Of a stretch of DNA of 64,000 nt, positions 8,952 through 17,994 are shown in pieces. Location of the stretch: IMG/VR virus record IMGVR_UViG_3300025141_013434, positions 64,001 through 128,000 of that record; one strand, 5' to 3'. Both the position numbers and the translations under genes were made by a program. Source of the stretch: a virus. Each line of letters starts with the position of its first letter. The stretch's first letter is position 1. The notes under the pieces were generated by a model. That model searched no databases. It saw nothing but the letters and a program-made list of their open reading frames with translations, and was not told the origin of the DNA.

Positions 8952-10917
8952 CTTTGTCCCTCATTTCAAGGTCTTTGATTAGCTTTTTTACATCAAAACT
9001 AATTTCTGTTATTAGACGCTCTTCTCTAGAGTAACTAGTTTGCTTGTCTTCATAAATGCCCTTCGATAAAGACCTCAAACCCATTAAATCATCAAAACCA
9101 GAGCCACGAGTGCCTTTCGTCATTCCCGGGTTGATGGTCCTGTCGGTATTTCGGGCTTTTTCATCGGCGTACTTTGACTTCCGTGAGCGAACCCGTGCGC
9201 CGCGGTCGTTGCGTTTTACCTTTACCGGTTTGTAAGAGCCCTTTTCATAATGACGTATATCGTCATCCCTCTTGGCTGGTGCTGCCAAGAGGGATGATTC
9301 TTCGCCAGCAGCTTCTTCACCACCAAGGTCATCGCCGAGGTCACCGCCGAGGTCGCCACCAAGGTCACCACCAAGGTCGCCACCAAGTTCACCGCCGAGT
9401 TCACCGCCTGCGCCGGCGGCGGCTTCGGTGGCAGCTGCAACCTCTGCAGATGCTTGTTCGGCAGTGGCTTCAAGAATCGCATCAAATTTGCGATCATAAA
9501 ACATTTCTCTCTGATTTCTCAGGAATTCGTCTTCGGTCAAATTAAACAGGCGAGTTGCGACCCAACGCTTGCTGAAATAACCCTCTGTTGCCGACGACGC
9601 AGTCTCAAACTTTGTCTTCCAGTGCTCCAGTTCTTGTAGTTCCGCAATTTTGGATGGATTGGCGAGGGCCAACTTGAAAGAAGTCAGGTCTTCTCCTCGA
9701 AAGCCTAAAACATATAAATGGATAATCCCGATTTTTTCAAGCTCCGTTATGATAGATCTTTGTAAGCGTGTGATCGTCCTTGCGAACCTTATGTCCTTTT
9801 GAGCAAGAGTCGTTTTGTCGTCCTCTGCTCCGCCGTCTGTGGACGCCATCAAATACGATGCAGGGACCTTCAAGGCCGAAAACAGTTTATCTCTAAGATA
9901 TTTTACATCGTCGATATCCCCAGTATACTGACCACCCGCAAGAGTCTCAACCTTGGAAGAAACTCCTCCCCGAACGGGTATGAAATAATCTTCGTCTACC
10001 GACATGGGATTGTACCTAAGGTCCACTCGACCAGTAGAAGGGTCGACAACTTGGTTTCTCTTCATCTGTGTCATGACCTTTTGCATGTATTGCTCCACGT
10101 CAAGAGGGGGTATATTGCCAACATCAATATAGAACACTCTTCTCTCTGGAGACCTTACAATTCGATAGGCCATTACTGCGTCTTCTAACAACGTAAGTTG
10201 TCTCCAAATTCTACGGGCCGGTTCGAGAACCGATGAACCATATGGTGCATACTTATCATTTCCAAGAACTCGAAAGTGGGCCATTTGCCAGTTTTCGAAA
10301 GTCATCCCGGAAGAGTTCCACTGATATTGAATGTAATTCGGGTTTGTCTTGTCCTCGCCCTCCACTCTTTCAATCTCTTGAGTTGGTAAGCCTATTACTG
10401 ACTGGACTCCAATTGATTCATCTATGTCCAAGTACAGAAAGAAGTCCCCATACTTACACATGGTACGGCACCAGCCAAAAAGATTAAACTCAATATTCAT
10501 AATATTGCGATACAACGATTCTAAGGTATTCTTTATTTCATCATTATTACAATCAATGGCTAAAAGCGGCTGCAAAGGGCTCGAAGTTGTCATTTCGTCA
10601 GCGTATATGTCGAGTGCCGAAGCGATCTCCGGCGTATATTCCATTTGATCAAAGTCTACATACCTTTCCATCCGGTTTTGATTGGCCATAACATTGGCCA
10701 TCAAGTTATCAAATGGATTGTATTCCGTCTTCTTGAATTGTTGTCCACTAGCCGATCGAAATCTTCTGGCATATTTATCTAGCTGTCGTCTTCTTAATCT
10801 TCTTGCTGTTTGTGTTCTGTAAGTAACCAGCGGACCAGAAAGAAGCTTTGTTAGCTTTTTGAACAAACCACTGTCGGGATTCCTTGTGTTGTTTTTATTG
10901 TTATTGTTAGCTGCCAT
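8935..10917 (-). CDS. gp20: Portal protein (T4 gp20-like)
   Basis: Motifs 'PEIASALDIYADE', 'LEDAVMAYRIVRSPERRVFYIDVGNIP', 'EDYFIP.RGG', 'DDVKYLRDKLFSALKVP'. Confidence 0.96.
   Translation of the reverse strand: MAANNNNKNNTRNPDSGLFKKLTKLLSGPLVTYRTQTARRLRRRQLDKYARRFRSASGQQFKKTEYNPFDNLMANVMANQNRMERYVDFDQMEYTPEIASALDIYADEMTTSSPLQPLLAIDCNNDEIKNTLESLYRNIMNIEFNLFGWCRTMCKYGDFFLYLDIDESIGVQSVIGLPTQEIERVEGEDKTNPNYIQYQWNSSGMTFENWQMAHFRVLGNDKYAPYGSSVLEPARRIWRQLTLLEDAVMAYRIVRSPERRVFYIDVGNIPPLDVEQYMQKVMTQMKRNQVVDPSTGRVDLRYNPMSVDEDYFIPVRGGVSSKVETLAGGQYTGDIDDVKYLRDKLFSALKVPASYLMASTDGGAEDDKTTLAQKDIRFARTITRLQRSIITELEKIGIIHLYVLGFRGEDLTSFKLALANPSKIAELQELEHWKTKFETASSATEGYFSKRWVATRLFNLTEDEFLRNQREMFYDRKFDAILEATAEQASAEVAAATEAAAGAGGELGGELGGDLGGDLGGDLGGDLGDDLGGEEAAGEESSLLAAPAKRDDDIRHYEKGSYKPVKVKRNDRGARVRSRKSKYADEKARNTDRTINPGMTKGTRGSGFDDLMGLRSLSKGIYEDKQTSYSREERLITEISFDVKKLIKDLEMRDKDETET
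9319..9408 (-). repeat. Coding tandem 12-nt repeat encoding (GG[E/D]L)n in the portal C-terminus
   Basis: GGELGGELGGDLGGDLGGDLGGDLGDDLGG; degenerate 12-bp units. Confidence 0.9.
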
Positions 10918-10926
10918 ATTTTATTT

Positions 10927-12510
10927 TCAACCTTTGAAAAGCCAAGGAAATTGCTGTTCTTGTCTTTTTGTTTCTTTTATTTTATCAAAAACGCTATCTC
11001 TTTTATAGTTTGTTTGTCCAGCAATTGTTGTTGATATCGTTGTATTCGACACAAACATCGAATCTAGAAAGGCCCTTTTATATTCCATGCTTCTGCTGTT
11101 CTCCACCAGCGCTGTATCTCTAACCCAACAACCTATGGAGCAAGCCAAAATAAGGTCATCATTGTAGCTTCTCATCGCCTCCGGCTTTCCATTGTTCCAA
11201 ACAAAGGTCTTCATCTCGTTATAAAGACGAGAGGAGTATATTTTAATTAGTTTGTTTCTTATGAATTCTTCCATCTTAGCGATAATAAGGGGCCTAGTTT
11301 TAGAAGAAGTTGTAAAGCCTGCAATAGCATTAGACCTGTGCTCCGCTTGAATTTGATCTATGTATTCGTGAGACGACTTTATAGAATAATAAATATTTGG
11401 GTAATTTCTTTCTACCAGCTTGTCCAAAACAGAATACCCAACAGAATTATTCTCAACGATGATCATGCAATCACCATATTCTTTGCCGGCATCATGGAGA
11501 ATTCCAGCAAATATATCTGGAGTTACCTTTCCTTGATATTCTGCTATTATTTCCATGTCTGTTATGTTTAAAACGTGGAAAACCGAATAGTCTCTTCCGT
11601 CGCCCCGGGCAACGTCTGCACTTATAATATATTCTTTTGTGGGGTCAAACTCTTTCCAAATCCACAAGTTTCTATCAAAGCCGGTTCTATATTTTGGATC
11701 GGACAACATCGTCGAGATCCAGTCCAGATCATCTGAGTGGAATACAGTCTCCCCAGACATGTTGAAGTTACATTCAAGCTCTTGAGCAATTTCTCGCCTA
11801 GACATGTTTTTTGTTTCTTTTTCAAACCATTCTTGATCTCTATCAGGGTGCCTGTTCCACGTAAGTACTGTCGCGTTAAAATCGTTTGTCCTTTGTTCTG
11901 CTTCAGTATAAATCTTGTGAAACCAGTTACCAACACCATTGGGAGTAGAAAGAGCGATACAACGACCACCAGTAGAAAGAGTAGGATACAGACCCATCCA
12001 CAACTCTGCAAGACCCTCAACGTGAGCGGCCTCGTCTATAACCAAGAGAGACAGAGCTTCTGATCGGCCGGCATCGCCGCTAGTTGAAGATGCTTTTATT
12101 TGAGATCCGTTAGATAATTCGAAAGAGGTTCTGTTGTCTATCGATACCTCTGAAATCCTGATCCAATCTGGCAGATTCTTTAGTATGCTTTTTACTTTTT
12201 TTACTAAATTTGATGCTGTGCTGAACTTAGTTGCTATAACTAAAACATTCTTTTCTCGATGAAAGAGCATCAGCCAGCTAACATAAGCCGCGGAAATGGT
12301 AGATATGCCCAACTGCCTTGCTTTGAGAATTACATTAAACCTGTGATCCAAAAAGGACTCCACCAAATCTTCCTGAAAATCGTAAAGACGAAATGGTATT
12401 AGACCCTTTTGTGGGTGTGTGATTTTTGCATAAGTATTAATAAAGTATACTGGGTCTTTGCCGCACTTTACTATCTCTTTCATCACCTCTTTTTTGGTGA
12501 GTTGGTACAT
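10927..12510 (-). CDS. terL: Terminase large subunit (T4 gp17-like)
   Basis: Walker A 'KARQLGIST', Walker B 'LVIDEAAH', 'STPNG', nuclease 'ADVARGDGRDYS' and 'DDL'. Confidence 0.96.
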   Translation of the reverse strand: MYQLTKKEVMKEIVKCGKDPVYFINTYAKITHPQKGLIPFRLYDFQEDLVESFLDHRFNVILKARQLGISTISAAYVSWLMLFHREKNVLVIATKFSTASNLVKKVKSILKNLPDWIRISEVSIDNRTSFELSNGSQIKASSTSGDAGRSEALSLLVIDEAAHVEGLAELWMGLYPTLSTGGRCIALSTPNGVGNWFHKIYTEAEQRTNDFNATVLTWNRHPDRDQEWFEKETKNMSRREIAQELECNFNMSGETVFHSDDLDWISTMLSDPKYRTGFDRNLWIWKEFDPTKEYIISADVARGDGRDYSVFHVLNITDMEIIAEYQGKVTPDIFAGILHDAGKEYGDCMIIVENNSVGYSVLDKLVERNYPNIYYSIKSSHEYIDQIQAEHRSNAIAGFTTSSKTRPLIIAKMEEFIRNKLIKIYSSRLYNEMKTFVWNNGKPEAMRSYNDDLILACSIGCWVRDTALVENSRSMEYKRAFLDSMFVSNTTISTTIAGQTNYKRDSVFDKIKETKRQEQQFPWLFKG

Positions 12511-12512
12511 AC

Positions 12513-13097
12513 TTATTTGAGGTCAGTGTTTCTCTGGCCAGATTGAAGATTCCATGGCTCAAATTGTTTAAAATTGTCGGACTTTGACTTGTCGTTTTTG
12601 GGCCTCTTCTTTCCCGGCGCTTGGTCCAAAAACTTTTTAATATTGTCCCTCAGACCTTCAGGGTCGGTTTTGTCGAGGCCGTCAACACCGTTGATCGTAT
12701 AAACCTTGTTTGCTGTAACCGTGGTCCTAACTCTAGAAACATATTGCACTAGGACATCCACTTCCCCTTCTTCTTTCAGAGAGAGTGTACTCTTTGTCAA
12801 TTTGCGATATTCTTTCTTGATAAATTTAACGACATCATTGATGCTCGACTCAATTTCCGATTCAAACCCCTTGTCGTGTACGTGCTTGAGTTTACAGTCA
12901 TATTGATATGAAACAATCATCTTGTCCCTATTAAATCTTACTGAAAAGCCGTCTATAAGTCTAGAGTCTATCAGGGGATTCCCCTCTTCTCTGCGCAGGC
13001 CCATCTCCACGGGTGAACCTTCCGAATCAATAGCGCCATCGTGAGTGTTTGATAACACTTGCGATATTCCATTTACGATATCTAATATAGTTGCCAT
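12513..13097 (-). CDS. Hypothetical protein (194 aa)
   Basis: SD GAGG; ACTATTTA motif upstream. Confidence 0.8.
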   Translation of the reverse strand: MATILDIVNGISQVLSNTHDGAIDSEGSPVEMGLRREEGNPLIDSRLIDGFSVRFNRDKMIVSYQYDCKLKHVHDKGFESEIESSINDVVKFIKKEYRKLTKSTLSLKEEGEVDVLVQYVSRVRTTVTANKVYTINGVDGLDKTDPEGLRDNIKKFLDQAPGKKRPKNDKSKSDNFKQFEPWNLQSGQRNTDLK

Positions 13098-13120
13098 ATA
13101 AAAACCCTCTTGTCCACTAG

Positions 13121-13128
13121 TAAATAGT
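13121..13128 (-). promoter_or_regulatory. Candidate phage late promoter ACTATTTA
   Basis: The motif recurs upstream of starts at 2160-2167, 14583-14590, 17751-17758, 23770-23777, 47770-47777 and 61265-61272. Confidence 0.6.
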
Positions 13129-13132
13129 AGTT

Positions 13133-13522
13133 TTATTTGATAATAGCCCTAGTATTATCCGGACGCCAACCCGTTAACCAGCGCTTTTCGCGACCTTCGA
13201 CATATTGAATGTAACACTCGCGGCAGCAATTAAATTTATTCATATAAAGATCGTCCTTTAGCGAGAAAGAATATTTGTCGCAAACCGGGCAATCTCTTTT
13301 TGTTTCTCTTTCTAGAAACTTCCTTGATACTAGAAATCCCTTTTGCTTTTCTTTCTGCCCTTCTGAGCTGTTATGTTTTTTATAGAACTCTTTTAACTCT
13401 TCAAGATAGCGTTTTTCTTTCTCGTCTGTCCAACTAGACCTCGGATTCTGAACTGCTTCTTCTCCATATTTTTCTTTTATTGCCTTTTCTACTTTTACGG
13501 TATAGTTGGGGTCTTCGCTCAT
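13133..13522 (-). CDS. Hypothetical protein with a C-terminal Zn-binding motif
   Basis: CPVC...CCRECY. Confidence 0.75.
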   Translation of the reverse strand: MSEDPNYTVKVEKAIKEKYGEEAVQNPRSSWTDEKEKRYLEELKEFYKKHNSSEGQKEKQKGFLVSRKFLERETKRDCPVCDKYSFSLKDDLYMNKFNCCRECYIQYVEGREKRWLTGWRPDNTRAIIK

Positions 13523-13523
13523 T

Positions 13524-13997
13524 TCACAATGAAGCCCCCATTGCGACGATCGTTAACACGGTGGTTAAAGCACCAACAGTAAATCCGCCGAGGGCCCATA
13601 AGTGAACATAGTCGTTCGGACGCTTAAGGGCGGCGGCCTCCAAGTCTTCTATTTCTTTGTTTTTTATCTTCATTACGGCGGTGGTCTCTTGCAGGATCGT
13701 GTCTATTCTCAATTCAAGGTTACTTATTTGCATGTCAAATGCTGCTTGCGCTCCTTGTAGATATTTTTTCACTCTAAGGTCGCACTTTTGTTCCGCAAAT
13801 TCAAGATTAGCTTGGAGTTTTGCTGTAGCCCTATCGTCAAAACACCAGCCGTCAAAAGGAACCAAGTGACCCTTCTTTACTTGTGCGAATTTTCCATGGT
13901 CGGTTTCGGTTGTTTCTTGGGCAAAGGCTGCCGTTGAAACAAAACTAATCAACGTAAGTAAGACCAAGTACCTCTTCAATCTTAGATCTAATAACAT
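13524..13997 (-). CDS. Secreted/membrane-anchored coiled-coil protein, possibly spanin-associated
   Basis: N-terminal signal-like segment ending AFA, a coiled coil, and a C-terminal hydrophobic Gly-rich helix. Confidence 0.5.
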   Translation of the reverse strand: MLLDLRLKRYLVLLTLISFVSTAAFAQETTETDHGKFAQVKKGHLVPFDGWCFDDRATAKLQANLEFAEQKCDLRVKKYLQGAQAAFDMQISNLELRIDTILQETTAVMKIKNKEIEDLEAAALKRPNDYVHLWALGGFTVGALTTVLTIVAMGASL

Positions 13998-14349
13998 TAG
14001 GGTTTCCTTTCGAAAGAGCTACTATTTCTTTCACCCTCTCCTTTTCTTGTTCATCTAGTTTGCGATTTTGCTGTTCTAGTTCTTTCTCTATTTTAGCAAT
14101 AGTTTGGTTATATTTTTCTATAATTTTGTCTCTTTTGGAAATTTCTTCAATGTGGCTCTTTTTGAGAACCCCCATCTGACTCTCGTAAGAGGTCTTCTTC
14201 GCTTTGAGAACCTCAACCAGCGCGTCTGAATTTCTTCTCGTTAGCACCCAGACAACGAAAGTCCACACCAAAAGAAACGGTACCTGCCAATGGGCTTTAA
14301 GCCATACCCAGGTTTTCTTTATAGAAGATGTGAAACTAATCCAAAACAT
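13945..14349 (-). CDS. Putative i-spanin-like protein
   Basis: Single N-terminal TM segment followed by a long coiled coil; directly after the holin-like gene and overlapping the next gene. Confidence 0.5.
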   Translation of the reverse strand: MFWISFTSSIKKTWVWLKAHWQVPFLLVWTFVVWVLTRRNSDALVEVLKAKKTSYESQMGVLKKSHIEEISKRDKIIEKYNQTIAKIEKELEQQNRKLDEQEKERVKEIVALSKGNPNVIRSKIEEVLGLTYVD

Positions 14350-14364
14350 TTGTGCTACTCCCTA

Positions 14365-14565
14365 TCAAGACGGGCCGTGCTTCCATTTGACGGCCATGTC
14401 AACTAAGGCCTGTGTCCCTATATATGCTAGTGTGATTGCTGTCCAGTTATCGCTAGTCACCACACCGTAGGCGCAGAGGCCAGTGGCGGTAACCCAGGCC
14501 AAAAATTTACGAGATATAAATCTCTCTACATGTTTGTCTGCGAATGCTTTAAGTTGCGTCACCAT
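14365..14565 (-). CDS. Putative holin
   Basis: 66 aa, two TM segments, 'SRKF' N-terminal motif and 'AYIGTQALVD'; SD AAGGAGG. Confidence 0.65.
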   Translation of the reverse strand: MVTQLKAFADKHVERFISRKFLAWVTATGLCAYGVVTSDNWTAITLAYIGTQALVDMAVKWKHGPS

Positions 14566-14582
14566 GCGCCCCTCCTTTTAAA

Positions 14583-14590
14583 TAAATAGT
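14583..14590 (-). promoter_or_regulatory. Candidate late promoter ACTATTTA upstream of the holin
   Basis: Recurrent motif, 17 nt before the ATG. Confidence 0.6.
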
Positions 14591-17500
14591 CAGATCTCGA
14601 CTTGTGCGTATCCATTGTTTTTCTCAATTATAATTTGTGAATCTACACAGTCCTTTAACGAATCTAGGTGTGATATAAGTATAACAGTTTTAAAATAAGA
14701 TTTAACCATATCTAAGATTCTGATAAACCCTTCCATGTTCTCCTCGTCGAGGGCAGTTCCTGGCTCATCCAAAATAAAGATATCTGGTTTTGGTAGGCTT
14801 GAAACTGATAACAAGGCCAAGCGGATAGCCATCGAGGCAATTGTCTTTTCTGCACCTGATCCCAATTCCAAAGGCCGATGATCATGTTTGGGGTGTTTTA
14901 TTGATATATCTAATTTGTTTCCGTCGTTTTCGATGAAAATGTCAAAATCAACAATGTTTGTTAGAGTTTTAGCAATTTCAGAATTGATCAATGGCAAACG
15001 CTTCTTAATAATATCGTAAGAAATACCATTTGAATGACAACAGGTCATCAGAAGATCATAGGCGGAATATTCCAAACTTAATTCAGCGATCGTCTCCTTT
15101 TGTTCCTTTAAGGTTTCAAGCTGATGCTCCAGAGATCCATGCTGCCTATAAAGAGAATGAACCTCTTCTCTGCATTTCTCGTGTTCGTGCTTCTTTTCAA
15201 ATCTTTCGTCGAGAACTTGTTCTCGGGTCGAAAGAAGCTGTTCTAAGCTCTCGATTACTTCTCTGTTGCTTTCATATTCTTCAATTTTTTCCTGCAGTTT
15301 TTCTATTTCTATTCTTGTCTTGATTATTTGTGTTTTATTTTTCTCTAAATTTACTTGATTTCTTGCAAGAGAGGTAGCCAAAACAGCTTTCTTTTCAGCG
15401 AGCTTGTCATATTTTGCAAGATAGTCATCTACCTTTGTTGGTTCGAGGTTATTTATTTTCTCGCCGAGAGAGCTAGTTCTAACACAATCGGCAGACATCT
15501 TCTTCTCTGTAATTTGAATTAGGTCATATGCTGCATGAGCATCTTTTATAAACTTACAAGACGGATATTGAGTACCGCATGGAACTTCAGATAGTAAATC
15601 CTGCTTTCTCCTGCTAGTGGTAACAATCTCACTGTTTTTTTCTGTCTCATGTATTAACTTAATAAGTTCTTCCTTGTGCTCCTCAATGAGCACTTTCTTT
15701 TCTTGATAGGAAGAGACATCGAAATTAACTAAAAAGTCGTCTATCTTTTTAAAGCTTTCTTGTTCTGATCTTATATTCTTCTTTAATGAAATTCCGTTTT
15801 CTTCTAAAACGGAGAACATATTCTCTGCAGAAGTCATGTCGTTCTTCGTAGTAATAATATCAATTATCTCTGCTGGAACAGAATCTATTTCCTCTTGTAA
15901 GGATCTCTCTTGAAAATCTAGTGATTCGATTTCTTTCCTTAGGGTTTCACACCTTTCCTTGTTTCTGTCCATCATTATTAAGCTCTTCTCTAGCTCAACC
16001 TCGACTTCTTTGATTTCTTCTATGTAATCCCGGCCTTCAAGCTTTTTAAGGGCACCGCGGGTGTCTTGTGAATCTTCTTTTGCTAATCTAAATTTTCTTT
16101 CAAAAACTTCAAGATCTAAGAACTTTGCAAGAATCTCTTTTCGTTTGGTGGAACCTTCGTTAATAAAAGATAGTGAACCGAGTTGACTAGCCATAGAAGT
16201 CATCAGAAAATCGTCGATAGTGCCAAACAATCTTCGAATATTCTTGTCAGTATCCATCCGAGACAAGCCGTTAAAGCTAATCTTGTTTTCTACAAAATCT
16301 TCACTGTAGAAATCCAAATCAGTTTTTGCCTCCAGGGTCTCTTCTCCATGGAGCCTTTTGGTGTATTTCTCTGAATTCCTCTCTATGATATAATTTTTTT
16401 CTCCAACACCGATGGTCACCTTTCCTATACCATAATCGCTTTGTTGATTAATGATATTAAGATTCTTTCTTATTGACTTGGACGTAGAGTTGTAAATTGT
16501 GTATAAAATGCTATCAATAATCGAAGACTTGCCAGAAAAGTTCTTTCCAAAAATACCAACAATCCCGTTTAAATTTTCAAAGTTTATCTTATTGCCTTCG
16601 CCATAATTAAAAAGATAATCCCACTCAATACTTTTGAGGTTCCAATTAATATTTCTGGACACCTCTTCGCTCTGTTCTATTATTGTATTGTATTTATTAT
16701 TGAGCTGTAGGACTTTTTTCATCACATCCTCTTCTACTTGAAAATCCTTCAAATATTCTTGAATGAGACTTTCCTGCACCTTTACATCTCTCAAGTCTTC
16801 TTGTACGAGACCCCTTGCTGCGTCTTCAACTGAGATGTTTCTTCCGGAGGCTCTGTTCAAATACACTAGAGATTCTGGCTTGAATCGGTGCTTTGCAATT
16901 TCTACCGCACGTCTGATCTTATCAAGAGAGATATTGGTCTTAGATGCCAGTCGTAACCTTGCTCCAAGCGGAATGTCGAGCTTTTTCGGCATACGACCTT
17001 TCGGCGTGAGGTTAATAGTAATGAACGGCTTTGGGTTTGTGAAGGTGATATGATCAACACAATACCTGTCTTTGTCCTCAATATCCCAGAGTAGATAACC
17101 CTTATCTAAAGTTTCGCCAAAATTCTGCTGAACTGTACTGCCGGCATATCGAATACGACCTTCTGGATCTAGGGCTTGGGTCTTATGAATATCGCCGAGA
17201 AACGCATAATCAAACGAATCGAAAATATCGATCTTATGATCTGCAGATTCCATCACCCACCCAATGTCAGTAGAGCAGCTTAAAATTGATCCGTGATAAA
17301 GGGCGATATTGATGCGGTCACTATCAGTTGGATCCATCCAACCATCCTCATCGAAAACGGAAAGAACATTTAAAGAAAAGTCATCACCTAGAAGAACCTC
17401 TCCCGAATTCTTGATCAAATGAAGATCCGGATGATTCATCGCATCCACGATTGGAGTCAATGCATCCTGCCTACTGCTATTTTTTAAATTGCCATCATGG

Positions 17501-17736
17501 TTGCCCAAAATAATATATGTCGGTGCAATGTTTGCTAGATTCCTAAAGAAGTCAGTACATAACTCCACAAACTCTGGAGATATTTGCGTTTTTGTATGCG
17601 CAATGTCACCGCAGTGAACGATATAATCTATTTCTTCTTCTAGTAAGGAATTATATAATTGTTTGAATACTTCCCGGTATTCGTGGTGATATTTTAAGTT
17701 GCGGATATGCGTATCCGCAATATGCGCAAATCGCAT
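14590..17736 (-). CDS. Fused Mre11/SbcD nuclease - Rad50/SbcC ATPase (gp47-gp46 fusion)
   Basis: Phosphoesterase motifs 'ADTH', 'GDI', 'GNHD', 'GDIH'; Walker A 'GKNFSGKSS', coiled coil, signature 'GSGAE', Walker B 'ILDEPGTALD', 'ISH'. Confidence 0.95.
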   Translation of the reverse strand: MRFAHIADTHIRNLKYHHEYREVFKQLYNSLLEEEIDYIVHCGDIAHTKTQISPEFVELCTDFFRNLANIAPTYIILGNHDGNLKNSSRQDALTPIVDAMNHPDLHLIKNSGEVLLGDDFSLNVLSVFDEDGWMDPTDSDRINIALYHGSILSCSTDIGWVMESADHKIDIFDSFDYAFLGDIHKTQALDPEGRIRYAGSTVQQNFGETLDKGYLLWDIEDKDRYCVDHITFTNPKPFITINLTPKGRMPKKLDIPLGARLRLASKTNISLDKIRRAVEIAKHRFKPESLVYLNRASGRNISVEDAARGLVQEDLRDVKVQESLIQEYLKDFQVEEDVMKKVLQLNNKYNTIIEQSEEVSRNINWNLKSIEWDYLFNYGEGNKINFENLNGIVGIFGKNFSGKSSIIDSILYTIYNSTSKSIRKNLNIINQQSDYGIGKVTIGVGEKNYIIERNSEKYTKRLHGEETLEAKTDLDFYSEDFVENKISFNGLSRMDTDKNIRRLFGTIDDFLMTSMASQLGSLSFINEGSTKRKEILAKFLDLEVFERKFRLAKEDSQDTRGALKKLEGRDYIEEIKEVEVELEKSLIMMDRNKERCETLRKEIESLDFQERSLQEEIDSVPAEIIDIITTKNDMTSAENMFSVLEENGISLKKNIRSEQESFKKIDDFLVNFDVSSYQEKKVLIEEHKEELIKLIHETEKNSEIVTTSRRKQDLLSEVPCGTQYPSCKFIKDAHAAYDLIQITEKKMSADCVRTSSLGEKINNLEPTKVDDYLAKYDKLAEKKAVLATSLARNQVNLEKNKTQIIKTRIEIEKLQEKIEEYESNREVIESLEQLLSTREQVLDERFEKKHEHEKCREEVHSLYRQHGSLEHQLETLKEQKETIAELSLEYSAYDLLMTCCHSNGISYDIIKKRLPLINSEIAKTLTNIVDFDIFIENDGNKLDISIKHPKHDHRPLELGSGAEKTIASMAIRLALLSVSSLPKPDIFILDEPGTALDEENMEGFIRILDMVKSYFKTVILISHLDSLKDCVDSQIIIEKNNGYAQVEI

Positions 17737-17750
17737 ATAGCCTCCGTATC

Positions 17751-17758
17751 TAAATAGT
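17751..17758 (-). promoter_or_regulatory. Candidate late promoter ACTATTTA upstream of the SbcDC fusion
   Basis: Recurrent motif. Confidence 0.55.
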
Positions 17759-17790
17759 TTTATTTATTATAGGATAGTTTTGTTCTTAAG

Positions 17791-17982
17791 TCAAGAGTTT
17801 TCTTCGTTTAGAAAACCGACAAAACGATTTAGAAAGACCTGCTGGTCCTGAGGTGTAAGGTTGCGAAATTCCTTAATAATATTTTCGGCCATTTCGCTTC
17901 CCGCACTAGATTCTTCAGTCTCCACCATTCTGCTTATCTCTTCTCGAATGATCTGCTTAAGCCTACCTCTAGTGATTTCCAT
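17791..17982 (-). CDS. Small hypothetical protein, possible internal head protein
   Basis: SD AAGGAGG; MEITRGRLKQIIREEI. Confidence 0.7.
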   Translation of the reverse strand: MEITRGRLKQIIREEISRMVETEESSAGSEMAENIIKEFRNLTPQDQQVFLNRFVGFLNEENS

Positions 17983-17994
17983 GTTCGCGCCTCC

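Noticed and set aside
12513-13522. Small terminase call for the genes upstream of TerL
   Set aside because: Position only; no recognisable TerS motif
17699-17720. Perfect 9-bp inverted repeat TTGCGGATA-tgcg-TATCCGCAA
   Set aside because: It lies within codons for the conserved IADTHIRN motif and occurs once; probably chance, although an effect on translation cannot be excluded
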